IMG/VR virus record: IMGVR_UViG_3300035698_008855
Reading direction: 5' to 3' (one strand)
Source: an uncultured virus (IMG/VR IMGVR_UViG_3300035698_008855)
Taxonomy: Duplodnaviria > Heunggongvirae > Uroviricota > Caudoviricetes
Length of the DNA: 64,000 nucleotides
The notes below the pieces were generated by a model, which was not told the origin of the DNA, did no database searches, and saw only the letters and a program-made list of their open reading frames with translations. How positions within the stretch are numbered: the stretch's first letter is position 1; every line of letters starts with the position of its first letter. The translations under genes and the position numbers were made by a program. This document shows, piece after piece, positions 18,093 through 27,800 of this stretch.

Positions 18093-18131
18093 AGGGGGTG
18101 GCGCTTCGGCGCTGCCTCCTTTCTTTTAGCT
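18093..18131 (+). terminator. intrinsic terminator closing the array, ending in TTTAGCT
   Basis: AGGGGGTGGCGC-TTCG-GCGCTGCCTCCT followed by TTCTTTT. Confidence 0.85.
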
Positions 18132-18132
18132 A

Positions 18133-18161
18133 TTGCGTCGGTACAAGATACGAGATAGACT
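18133..18161 (+). promoter_or_regulatory. sigma70-like promoter TTGCGT-N17-TAGACT
   Basis: 17-nt spacing; intergenic, 50 nt before ATG 18212. Confidence 0.5.
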
Positions 18162-18211
18162 AAAGGGTGAGATCGAAACTGTACAGTCGACACGGACTCT
18201 GAGGTTAGACC

Positions 18212-20647
18212 ATGGCCAGATATCCTCAGACGCTTTCCGTCAAAAAGCGGAAGCGGGTGAAGGAACTACTGCACGGAGATAAACCCGATTACGGCGTCCA
18301 TCCACACGGAGGGGCTGGCCGTATCGTTGAGGAGAAGAAGAACCCTCAGCGTGTACACACGTGCAAGAACAACATACCTCGGGGCATGGAGAAGGAAGCG
18401 TTTTGGCCTCAGCTACTTGCTCTCAGCGCCAAGGCTATCGCAGCTTTAAGCGCCGCAGGGGCAGGTACGTCAGCGCTCGAACGTAACGCGCTGGGCAAGC
18501 TCGTTGCAGCTAGGGGTAAGCTCAAGAAGTTTGATGACCAAGATAAAGTGCGTAAGGCGACGATGAAGCGGCAGTTCGGTCGATACGCAACAGGTCTTCC
18601 GGAGAAGAAGGAACGTGGCCGGGAGGCATTCAAGAAGTTTCTGTCGGCGAGGTATAGGGGTGAGTTTGATGCTGAGCGCTTTCGTCGAATTGAAACGGTC
18701 CTGGACGCGTGGGGAAAAGGGGATGATCCGCAGGCGTGGATAGAGTATCTCAAGACTCAAGAGCGTGACGAAACCGGTAATATGGTTGAAAGCCCAGGGC
18801 TTTTTATCCGGAACCAGGCTATTAAGTCTATGCAGTCTACAGGGGGATTCGACGAAAAGACAGCAGGGACACATTACGATACGCTCGTGAAGAATGGTCT
18901 CATTCAACCTGAGAAGTATCAGCTTGGCCCTGGTAAAACGGCAGCAGACTACGCCTTGCTACCTGACTTGAAGAGTATGGGGACTGTCAACCTCGCAGGC
19001 CCTCAGGGTTCTCAGAAGATGCTTGAGCTTGTAGGTCGAGGTGTAGATCCAAGGCGTGTGCGGGCTGGAGTGCATATGCTCGAGAATTGGGGCATGACGC
19101 GTAACCTCGCAGCGCAAGAGGCTGTACACAGCGAGGAGAAACCGCAGCTGACGCTCGCGACTATGAGGATGCGGAGCGCCGACTTTGACCCAACAACCGC
19201 TCGCAACTTTGCCGCGCAGCTTTCAAGCAAGGGTACTGAGATTACGCCTGCGCTGATTAACGGCATCATAAAAGATAAGTCGGTTCAAGCCTACGTAAAG
19301 AATCAGAAAGAACAGGCGGATCTGCAGGAGCTCTATGGGGTCGCAGCAAAACAAGCTACACCTATGACGATGCCTGACCTCACAGCTATTGGTCAGGCTC
19401 ATGCGGAAAACGTTGGCTGGACGAGCCTAAGTCCAGGAGCTGGAGCTATCATGGCGGATGTGGCTGGTCAGGCTGCACGGGTAGCGACTAAAGGTAGGCT
19501 CTTTTCTGGAGCCACCCAAACAGGTAAAGCCTTAAACGCCGTTAGACAAGCGATACAGACTGCAGGTGGCGGTATTGGTGGGACTGTTAAAACGTTGGGG
19601 CGCTCTTTAGGTTCTACTGCGGGATACATGGCTGCGGCACAAAGTTTGATTAACACAGGGATGGCTACGCCTTCACTTTTACATGATGCAGTCGACACAG
19701 CGGGAGGCGTAGGCGCTAACCTTTTGGGTAAAGAGTGGAGGTACGGTTCCGGATCTCTTGATAACCCGGAGTTCAGGGAGTACGAGCGCGCAGGCCGTAA
19801 GAACGTCGAAGAAGCACAGGCGCGGGGTGACTCAGATCTTGGCGACACAGCTCTACAAGCTGGAAAAGGTGCGGTCCGTTTTGACCCTGGTGCAGATCGT
19901 AACTCGATGGCTGTAGCCATCAACGCTGACGCGGGAACCCCGGAAGCCCAAGAGAGTTTCATGCGCCGCGAGCGTCTGAAGCATCTCGGTCTACCCTATG
20001 AGTGGGCGCGTAACATGATGATGGGACGGTACTACCTCAACGCGATGCGTAAGGGACAGAGTTACCCGGGTGATCGCCAAGAGTTCCTGCGTCGCTTCAT
20101 GGTTAGGCCGCAGGTAGCCGAGGAAGAGCGTACAGCTAATCGCGGCACGTCACTCATGCCGGGCACCATCTACATGAAGGACGTTTATGGCAACGAGTTC
20201 GGCACAATGGACGAAGCCATGAAGTATTGGAAGAAGAAGTACCCGAACATGATGAACGTCAGCCAGCGCGGCACGTGGATGAAGAATACGGCTGGCGGAC
20301 AAGAGTCTGATCCATACTACTACTACGCACAGGGGCTTCAGTATGTTCCTGAGTCCAGGTGGGGAACGACGAAGGCGCAACCAGCCATTGACTCCAAATC
20401 TGCAGTAGATCTAATTCAGCGCGGGCTTGATCCCAAACCGTTTTGGAGCGCGAAGACCCACAGACGTGATATACTGAACCCAAGAAAAGATGAGACTGTC
20501 CGAGTTGTGCCTGACACGGATAGAGGTATAGCCAGCAGCACTAGGTCTATACAAGATACTCTCAGTCCCCGGTCTATATTGAAGACCCTTACAGAGAGTG
20601 CAAACAAAGGCATACAGAGGCCGCACTTTGACGACGCGAGTCTGTAA
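18212..20647 (+). CDS. large hypothetical protein, possible inner-head/ejection protein
   Basis: 811 aa; GAGGT RBS; EKEAF and EKTAG motifs; Gly/Ala-rich helices. Confidence 0.7.
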   Translation: MARYPQTLSVKKRKRVKELLHGDKPDYGVHPHGGAGRIVEEKKNPQRVHTCKNNIPRGMEKEAFWPQLLALSAKAIAALSAAGAGTSALERNALGKLVAARGKLKKFDDQDKVRKATMKRQFGRYATGLPEKKERGREAFKKFLSARYRGEFDAERFRRIETVLDAWGKGDDPQAWIEYLKTQERDETGNMVESPGLFIRNQAIKSMQSTGGFDEKTAGTHYDTLVKNGLIQPEKYQLGPGKTAADYALLPDLKSMGTVNLAGPQGSQKMLELVGRGVDPRRVRAGVHMLENWGMTRNLAAQEAVHSEEKPQLTLATMRMRSADFDPTTARNFAAQLSSKGTEITPALINGIIKDKSVQAYVKNQKEQADLQELYGVAAKQATPMTMPDLTAIGQAHAENVGWTSLSPGAGAIMADVAGQAARVATKGRLFSGATQTGKALNAVRQAIQTAGGGIGGTVKTLGRSLGSTAGYMAAAQSLINTGMATPSLLHDAVDTAGGVGANLLGKEWRYGSGSLDNPEFREYERAGRKNVEEAQARGDSDLGDTALQAGKGAVRFDPGADRNSMAVAINADAGTPEAQESFMRRERLKHLGLPYEWARNMMMGRYYLNAMRKGQSYPGDRQEFLRRFMVRPQVAEEERTANRGTSLMPGTIYMKDVYGNEFGTMDEAMKYWKKKYPNMMNVSQRGTWMKNTAGGQESDPYYYYAQGLQYVPESRWGTTKAQPAIDSKSAVDLIQRGLDPKPFWSAKTHRRDILNPRKDETVRVVPDTDRGIASSTRSIQDTLSPRSILKTLTESANKGIQRPHFDDASL

Positions 20648-20678
20648 CCGATGGCACGTATGACCGAGAGGAGAAGTG

Positions 20679-21869
20679 ATGACTGAGGAAGCGACCACAC
20701 CTGAAGAAACTGTTGATGAGTCTGTGTTTGATGCAGATGTTGTTGACATCCCGGATATCCCCCTCCCAGATGTAAGCGCACAAGAGGTGGCGATTATCGA
20801 CGAGTTCAGCGCAGCGTTCAGAGTCGCGATCGTTGGTGTGGGTCAGGGAGGCTCCCGCATCGCGGAGACGTTCTACAAGATGGGATATCGCCGGGTCTGC
20901 GTGGTCAACACCGCGCTGCAAGATCTTGGTGGTATTGCTATCCCCGAAGAGAACAAGCTCGCGATTGATACGCACGGCGCCGGTAAAGACCCTGCGAGAG
21001 CACACGCGGCTTTTGTGAAGAACGAGAGCGACGTCTACGACCTTATGCGTCGTAGCTTTGGACATGACTTTGACTGGATCCTCGTCTGCGCCGGTGCAGG
21101 CGGAGGTACCGGCGGAGGTATCGTGCTCGACACCATCAAGCTCTCTCATGAGCTGATGCGTACGCTCAAGCTCGAGCCTGAAGGCAAGTGTCGCGTTGGC
21201 TCGATCGTTGCGTTGCCGAAGAACTCTGAGGGCGTTAAGCCCGCAGCCAATACGTTCAAGCTCATGAAGGAGCTGTTCCCCCTTGCGATCGGGACGAAGA
21301 AGGTTAAGCGGTCGATCTCGCCGTTGATCATCATCGACAACGAGCGTATGCGACAGCTCTACCCGCGCGTCCCTGTCACGAAGCATTGGGATCTGGCCAA
21401 CCAGAGCATCTGTTCGCTTTTCCATCTGTTCAACAGCGTCTCCATCAAGGAGTCGAAGTTCACCTCCTTCGATCAGGCGGACCTCGAGACGATTTTGGAG
21501 AGTGGCATCCTCACGTTTGGCGCCACCCCTGTTGCGAAGTGGGATGGTCTGACTGATATTGCCTTTGCGCTGCGCGATAACCTGAGCAAGAACATTCTTG
21601 CGTCAACGTCAACAGATGGTGACATTGCGGGCGCCGTTGTCATCGCAGGTCGTAGTATCCTCGACCAGCTACCAGCTGCCAACATCGAACATGGGTTCGA
21701 GCAACTGAATCGCATGATGAAGTCCGGCAGCACTCTCCATCAGGGCATCTACCCTGGGGGGAAGCAGACGCTGGTTGTTTACACTGTACTCGGCGGTCTC
21801 GACGTTCCTGAAGAGCGCATGAAGGAGATGGAGGCCGTAGGTCAGCTACGAGATTGGGATGGAGCCTAA
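20679..21869 (+). CDS. tubulin/FtsZ-family GTPase (PhuZ/TubZ/CetZ-like)
   Basis: VGVGQGGSRIA, VNTA, GAGKD, signature GAGGGTGGG, IIDN, FDQAD. Confidence 0.9.
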   Translation: MTEEATTPEETVDESVFDADVVDIPDIPLPDVSAQEVAIIDEFSAAFRVAIVGVGQGGSRIAETFYKMGYRRVCVVNTALQDLGGIAIPEENKLAIDTHGAGKDPARAHAAFVKNESDVYDLMRRSFGHDFDWILVCAGAGGGTGGGIVLDTIKLSHELMRTLKLEPEGKCRVGSIVALPKNSEGVKPAANTFKLMKELFPLAIGTKKVKRSISPLIIIDNERMRQLYPRVPVTKHWDLANQSICSLFHLFNSVSIKESKFTSFDQADLETILESGILTFGATPVAKWDGLTDIAFALRDNLSKNILASTSTDGDIAGAVVIAGRSILDQLPAANIEHGFEQLNRMMKSGSTLHQGIYPGGKQTLVVYTVLGGLDVPEERMKEMEAVGQLRDWDGA

Positions 21870-22741
21870 TGGCTAACGCCAACGACGCATACGATAAACC
21901 GTCGATCCCGGAGCCTACCGACTCTACGAGCGGTGCGGAGACCAGTCAGAGCCCAGACTTTAGCGAGACTGGGCTTGACGATAAGTCCGTTGACGAGCTC
22001 ATGAAGCTAAAGCCCGGCAGCGGGCCTAGTATGGGCGGGATACGGCAGGGTTATCGTAAGTGGATGGCTCAGTCGCCGATGCACGCGTCTATATCTCACA
22101 GCGTTCCGCTTGCGCTGCTTGGATATTATGGGCTGCCTTGGATTCTGCGTAAAGCGTTTGGCGCCAAGAACATTCGTGAGAGACGTTCTAAGATTGTAGG
22201 CGCTATCCTCGGCGGGTTGGCGCCTGCGCTTCCTGCGAGTATGTGGTATCGTGACCGACAGATGGACCCGAAGCGCGACTGGAGCACGACAGAGGCTCTG
22301 CTCGAGCCTAGTGAGGATCTCTGGAAGAAGAGCTCCTTCCCTTTAGGCGTAAGTCAGGGAGCTGTAGAGTACACTCAGCCAGCGTTTGCGATGCTTGGAC
22401 AGGTTACAAACAATCCAGCGCTAGACCGTCCCTCTATCGGTTTGAACACAGCGCTTGCTACAATAGAAACCGATCCTAACCTGTCGCCAGGACAACGACT
22501 GCAGGCTAAGGCGACGGTACAAATGGCCGCCCAAGCAGCAGGACAGACCAGCAAGGGTGGGCTGGTATCTACAAACGACCTGATCAGAAGCGCGATAGGT
22601 GGCGGTGTCGGATATGCTGCTGGACGAACCGGCGGTGCGTTGATGGGAACATTCTTTGGACTTTCGCCACTCATGCAACGGCGGTTAGCTCAAGCCGGAA
22701 TGGTGGCGGGTATAGCTAGAGCGACAGGAATATGGAAATGA
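21869..22741 (+). CDS. hypothetical protein with hydrophobic Gly/Ala segments
   Basis: TAATG coupling. Confidence 0.7.
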   Translation: MANANDAYDKPSIPEPTDSTSGAETSQSPDFSETGLDDKSVDELMKLKPGSGPSMGGIRQGYRKWMAQSPMHASISHSVPLALLGYYGLPWILRKAFGAKNIRERRSKIVGAILGGLAPALPASMWYRDRQMDPKRDWSTTEALLEPSEDLWKKSSFPLGVSQGAVEYTQPAFAMLGQVTNNPALDRPSIGLNTALATIETDPNLSPGQRLQAKATVQMAAQAAGQTSKGGLVSTNDLIRSAIGGGVGYAAGRTGGALMGTFFGLSPLMQRRLAQAGMVAGIARATGIWK

Positions 22742-23112
22742 CAAAGAAAGAAGCATTCAAGGCTGGGTTCCTATTGAAGTTCGCCGAGATGGGCGTAACT
22801 CCCGACGAGATGGTAGAGTTGGTCAAGACGTCCGGCGTACTCTCGCAGGGCGCCCAGGGCTTGTGGTCGGGCGCTAAGAGCGCTATTGGCGCCACAGGTA
22901 AGTTGGGCATTCTTGCACTTCTTGGTATTCCAACTGTCGTCGGAATGACTGGAGGTATGATTGCCAGCAAGGCCTCCGGGCCTGACGATACAGATGTCGC
23001 GTTGACGCGTAAGAAACTGAAGCTGTTCCGATACCAGCAGATGCTGAATGAGGTTAATCAACGACGTGCAATGAACAGGGTAGGTCGCTCTCGCGGCGAG
23101 AGCATGTTCTAA
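22732..23112 (+). CDS. hypothetical virion-associated protein
   Basis: KKEAFKAGF and VKTS motifs; one hydrophobic segment. Confidence 0.7.
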   Translation: MEMTKKEAFKAGFLLKFAEMGVTPDEMVELVKTSGVLSQGAQGLWSGAKSAIGATGKLGILALLGIPTVVGMTGGMIASKASGPDDTDVALTRKKLKLFRYQQMLNEVNQRRAMNRVGRSRGESMF

Positions 23113-23125
23113 CGAGGAGTAACCG

Positions 23126-23539
23126 ATGGTAGATGGCAGGGACGAAGCACAAGTGGTAGAGGATGAGGACAAAGTACAGGAGGTAGAGGAAGCGGAAGAA
23201 GGTACACCGGCGAGCGTATCCATTTCTCTTGATCCCGAAGATGCGTTGAAGATGGCGGGTAAGCTACACTTTCCAGGTATTGACGGGAAGCCTTTTCTTG
23301 GAGACAAGGTACCCCAGATCAAGGAAGGCGACTCGCCGGAAAATAGGCCGAAGATCACACCACACGCACACGTGCGTGTTTTCGATGTGAGTAAGGAAGA
23401 TCATCTCCGTGCGTATGAAGCTATTAGTAGACGCGCGGCGGAGCAACGGACGCAGATCTCGTACGAGGAGCGTGAGTTCTCTGAAAAGAATGGAAACTGG
23501 CTCATACTGATTCGCTGGATCGACTATTACGTGTCGTAG
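23126..23539 (+). CDS. hypothetical protein
   Basis: GAGGAG RBS. Confidence 0.75.
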   Translation: MVDGRDEAQVVEDEDKVQEVEEAEEGTPASVSISLDPEDALKMAGKLHFPGIDGKPFLGDKVPQIKEGDSPENRPKITPHAHVRVFDVSKEDHLRAYEAISRRAAEQRTQISYEEREFSEKNGNWLILIRWIDYYVS

Positions 23540-23557
23540 AGATGAAGGTGGAGAACC

Positions 23558-24784
23558 ATGGCTAAAAATCTACTCAGCTGGTTGGGCGTAGGCGAAGATA
23601 TGACTCCTTCCGCTTCTGTTGGCCCCGCTGCTTCCGTGCAGAAGGATTACTATACACCTACGCAGAGAACCGAACTTGCGGGCGACTTAGTGAGCCGCGT
23701 TGGTTATCGCTATGGCACGCATCCCGAAGCCCAGCGTGCGGCTATCATGCAAGACTTGAATACACCTGACGGTCTGCGTCGTCTTGCCGGATATACGCGT
23801 GAGTTCAACGAGGCAAAGATCAGGGCTTACCAGGCCGACATCCAGCGGCAGCACGACGACGAGGAAGCTGGAGCGGTGTCTGAAGGTAACAACTGGCTTG
23901 CGAACGGCGCCATGGCCGCAGGTCTTGCCGGTAGTGGTCTTGCCCTCTACAAGTGGCTTACCAGCAGACGTCCTGAAGACATGATTGAAGAAGAGGGTAT
24001 GGAGGCCATGCCGGGTACGTCGTTTACAGGCATGCCTTGGATACCTGGGCAGCAAAAGACCAGTGCGCTTAGAAAGCAAGCTGGGAATGTTGGGGAACTA
24101 GCGCTTGCTGGCGCAGGTGGCGCCGCTGCTGCGTATTACAAGAAAAACATCAAAAACGCGTACAACGCCGCGAAAGGCCGCGCTGAATTGGCGATGAAGC
24201 CCAGGCACCCGATGCAGCTTCCCTACATGCTTCCTGCGTTGGGCTTGGGTATTCCAGCTATAGCTGGCCTGACGTACATGTTGACGAATAAAGGCATTGG
24301 CGCCGCGCGTCATAGTTCAACGGACGCCGAGATTGAGGCACTGAAGAACAAGCTGAAGCAGGCGTTGTCCGACGAGTACTCCGAGTCTCAGAAAGCAGCA
24401 CACGTGCTCAACAGGCTTGCGGACACGTGGGAACGAAATGAGCTCTTTGAGAAACAGTCGGACGAACCCTTGGCGCTAACGCCGGGGGGAGCCGCTGAGG
24501 AGGCTGAACTCCAACGCAAAGGCAAAATCAGTCTTAGGTCTAGCCCGACTCAGGGTTGGATCCCTGCGGTTGGCGGAGGGCTTGGACTTCTCGCGGCGGG
24601 ACTCCTACTCACGTCTTACGCTGCGTCGAAGACGATGTTCGACAAGGGAGATCCTCGTCGAGCTAAGGTTAAGGCGTTGCGTGATGCACTCCGGCAGAGG
24701 ATGCGACTGAGTCAGCCGCACATTCAGCTTCAACTCCCAGGCACCACGATGGGAACTGCGGCTAATGATTTTGCTGCAGAATAG
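23558..24784 (+). CDS. hypothetical virion-associated protein
   Basis: GGAG RBS; KTS, KQA, KAA, KQS motifs; several Gly/Ala hydrophobic segments. Confidence 0.7.
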   Translation: MAKNLLSWLGVGEDMTPSASVGPAASVQKDYYTPTQRTELAGDLVSRVGYRYGTHPEAQRAAIMQDLNTPDGLRRLAGYTREFNEAKIRAYQADIQRQHDDEEAGAVSEGNNWLANGAMAAGLAGSGLALYKWLTSRRPEDMIEEEGMEAMPGTSFTGMPWIPGQQKTSALRKQAGNVGELALAGAGGAAAAYYKKNIKNAYNAAKGRAELAMKPRHPMQLPYMLPALGLGIPAIAGLTYMLTNKGIGAARHSSTDAEIEALKNKLKQALSDEYSESQKAAHVLNRLADTWERNELFEKQSDEPLALTPGGAAEEAELQRKGKISLRSSPTQGWIPAVGGGLGLLAAGLLLTSYAASKTMFDKGDPRRAKVKALRDALRQRMRLSQPHIQLQLPGTTMGTAANDFAAE

Positions 24785-24810
24785 ACCGACGTATAAGGAA
24801 TGACGATCTG

Positions 24811-27800
24811 ATGCCAACGCCTAATGTTCTCGGCAAGGACATCTTCTCGTTCGATGATATCCCGTCAGCACGTCGGGATATCTTTGATCGTACACTTGGC
24901 GCCTTCCAGAAGCACTACCCTCTTGAGAACTCCAGATACAGGCTGCGACTGAACAACCTTCAGTACGACCCCAAGGACTTCTCAATCAGTGATCAGAAGA
25001 AGGCGCTACTGCAGCATGGTACGCTTTCCAATCGCCTCAAGGGTACATGGGTACTGGAGGATAAGGCAGACGGTCGAGAAGTAGACAGAGCTGATCGTAT
25101 CGTTGCGCACGTACCATATATGACGAACAGAGGTACCTTCATCCATCAGGGCCGCGAATACACGATCACTAATCAGATGCGGCTGAGACCTGGAGTTTAT
25201 GCGCGGGAGAAGGAGAATGGAGCCCTCGAAGCGCACTTCAACGTCAAGCAAGGAACCGGATCCTCTTTTCGAGTTTACATGGAGCCTGAGACGGGCGTAT
25301 TTCGGCTCAACATTCATCAAGCCACTCCTAAACTGTTTCCGATCCTTCGTGCGTTGGGCGTTGACCGACGAGAACTCATCAAGTGGTGGGGAGAAGAACT
25401 CGTAGGCGTCAATGAAAAGGCCGACGATCCCAAGGCGGTCAAAAGACTCTACGACATCCTGACGCACAAACGCGCGAAGCAAGGTACAGGCGACAAAGAG
25501 GATATTGTCAAGACGCTGCGCGATGCGTTTGAAGCTATGCAGCTCGACGAAGAGACCACTAAGTCTACACTCGGCGCCGCCTACAAGAATGTGTCAGCAG
25601 CGACCGTACTAAGAGCTACGCAGAAGCTGATTAACATCCAGCACGGTAAGGAAGAGGCCGATGACAGAGACTCTCTTAGATATCAAACTTTCCACACCCC
25701 CGCAGATTTCTTCTCGGAACGTGTCAATCTCGACTCGGGCCAGAAATCCAGAAGACTTCTCTGGAGATCAACCCTTCGGGGTGGTGTACAACACATGCCG
25801 GGCGGCGCTCTTACCTCGCAGCTTGAAAGCGTTCTTCTCCACTCCGGTCTAGGTCAGCCACTGGAGGAGATCAATCCGCTGGACATTCACGACCAGCGTC
25901 ACCGCGTGGTGCGTACAGGTGAGGGTGGTATCTCTTCGATGGACAGGGTCCCCGAGGAATGCTACGACGAGGATACGGAGGTCTTTACGCAGGAGGGGTG
26001 GAGGTTTTGGGACGAGGTAGACAAGACAACAAGATTTGCCTGTCGAATTGATGGTAAGTTGGAATTTCACGCTGCTAAGAAGTTGATACGAGATGAATAT
26101 CAGGGCGAACTATACTGTGTTCAAACACAGCATCTGAATCTTCTTGTAACACCAGGGCACCGGATGTTTGTGAAGAAGTACCGAAAAAATCATAAGCTGT
26201 TTGATTATTTGTTCGAGAGAGCTGATGACGGGTACAGAAAGCCTCGTCTTTTTTGTATTTCGCACGCTCCACTTGACACAGACTGTGCCGGGACGTTCAC
26301 GCTGCCGGAGGTTTGCGGATCAAGAAAGGTCTTGGCCCCCATTGATCTCGACGACTGGGCGGAGTTCCTTGGGTGGTATGTTTCAGAGGGTGGTATTGAC
26401 AGCTACGCTTTGCGGGAACGTAGTAAGTACCACATTACGATTAGTCAGGTCCGATCGAAAAACCCTGAGAACTGCGACAAAATAGATGCGTTGTTGTGCC
26501 GCATGGGTATTCAGTATTCTTATCAGTCGGACCACAATTTCGTTTTTGTAAACAAGCAGTTAGGCGAGTATCTCAAAAGTCTTGGCGTTGGCGCGCTCAA
26601 CAAGCAGCTTCCGCACTGCGTATTCTCCTGGCCGGTATCGGCGCGAGAGCGGCTGCTTGATGCTCTGATTGCCGGGGATGGTAGCATTCAGAAGTCAGGG
26701 CACAGGACGTTCTTCTCAACGAGTAAGGAACTCGCGTCTCAAGTATCAAGGTTAGCGACGTTAAATGGTTACGCGTCACACGGTGTTAGTACGTCGGTAA
26801 GAGAGAACCCGGCGCATAACGATCTGTATGCGTGCTCTATTTTAACGTCTACTGAAACCGGAGTGACGTCCGAACGCCAGTACGATACATCTTATCGCCG
26901 TGTAAGGTACGACGGCGAGGTGTTCTGCGCACAAGTACCAGGGGAGCTTCTCCTAGTTCGTCGCCACGGGTCTGTACCGGTCTGGAGCGGTAATAGCCGG
27001 AACGTACAGCCCTCTTATTTCGGTCTCATCGATCCGATACGAACGCCAGAGAGTGTCAAAGTTGGTGTCGACAACCGCATTGCCCACCGTACCTACTACG
27101 GCAAGGACGGTAAGTTCTACTCGCAGCTCCAAGACACGCTGACGGGAAAGACTGAGTTCGTAGACGCGGCAGAGATGTCTCGATCGACGATCGCGTTCCC
27201 TGGCGAGATGGAGAAGAAGGGAACCAAGGTACGCGCGATGGTTGGCGGCGCGCGTGTAGAGTACGTCGATAAGAAAGACGTGAACTATACGCTTCCCGCT
27301 AGTACACAGATGTTCAACTTTCACTCTAACCTTGTACCGTTTATCAGCGGTATCAAGGGCGGCCGCCTTCTCATGGGGTCTAAGTTCTTCAACCAGGCAC
27401 TGGCGCTACGTCAGGGGGAAGCGCCGCTCGTTCAAGCGCTGGACCCACACGAGACCGGTCTCCGGGGTGTAGACACTAGCTTTGAGGACTTGGCGGGCAC
27501 GAGCCTTGGCGCCATGTATGCTGGAGAGGCGGGCCAGGTTACGAAGGTGACGGGAGATGAGATTACCGTCAAGTCGAGTGATGGTAAGCTACATACGTAT
27601 GAAACGTACAGAAATTTTCCATTTAATCGCAAGTGTATATGCGGCAACACCTTACTACAAGTCTGGCGCAAAGATAACACAATGTGGGTTGGAGAGGTAC
27701 AGCACTATATCTTTACGTCGGGAGACCGTACGCTCTCCATCGATGAGCACACGAAACAGGCTGTGTGGAAAGACATACGCGCGATTGTTAGGCTGAAGAA

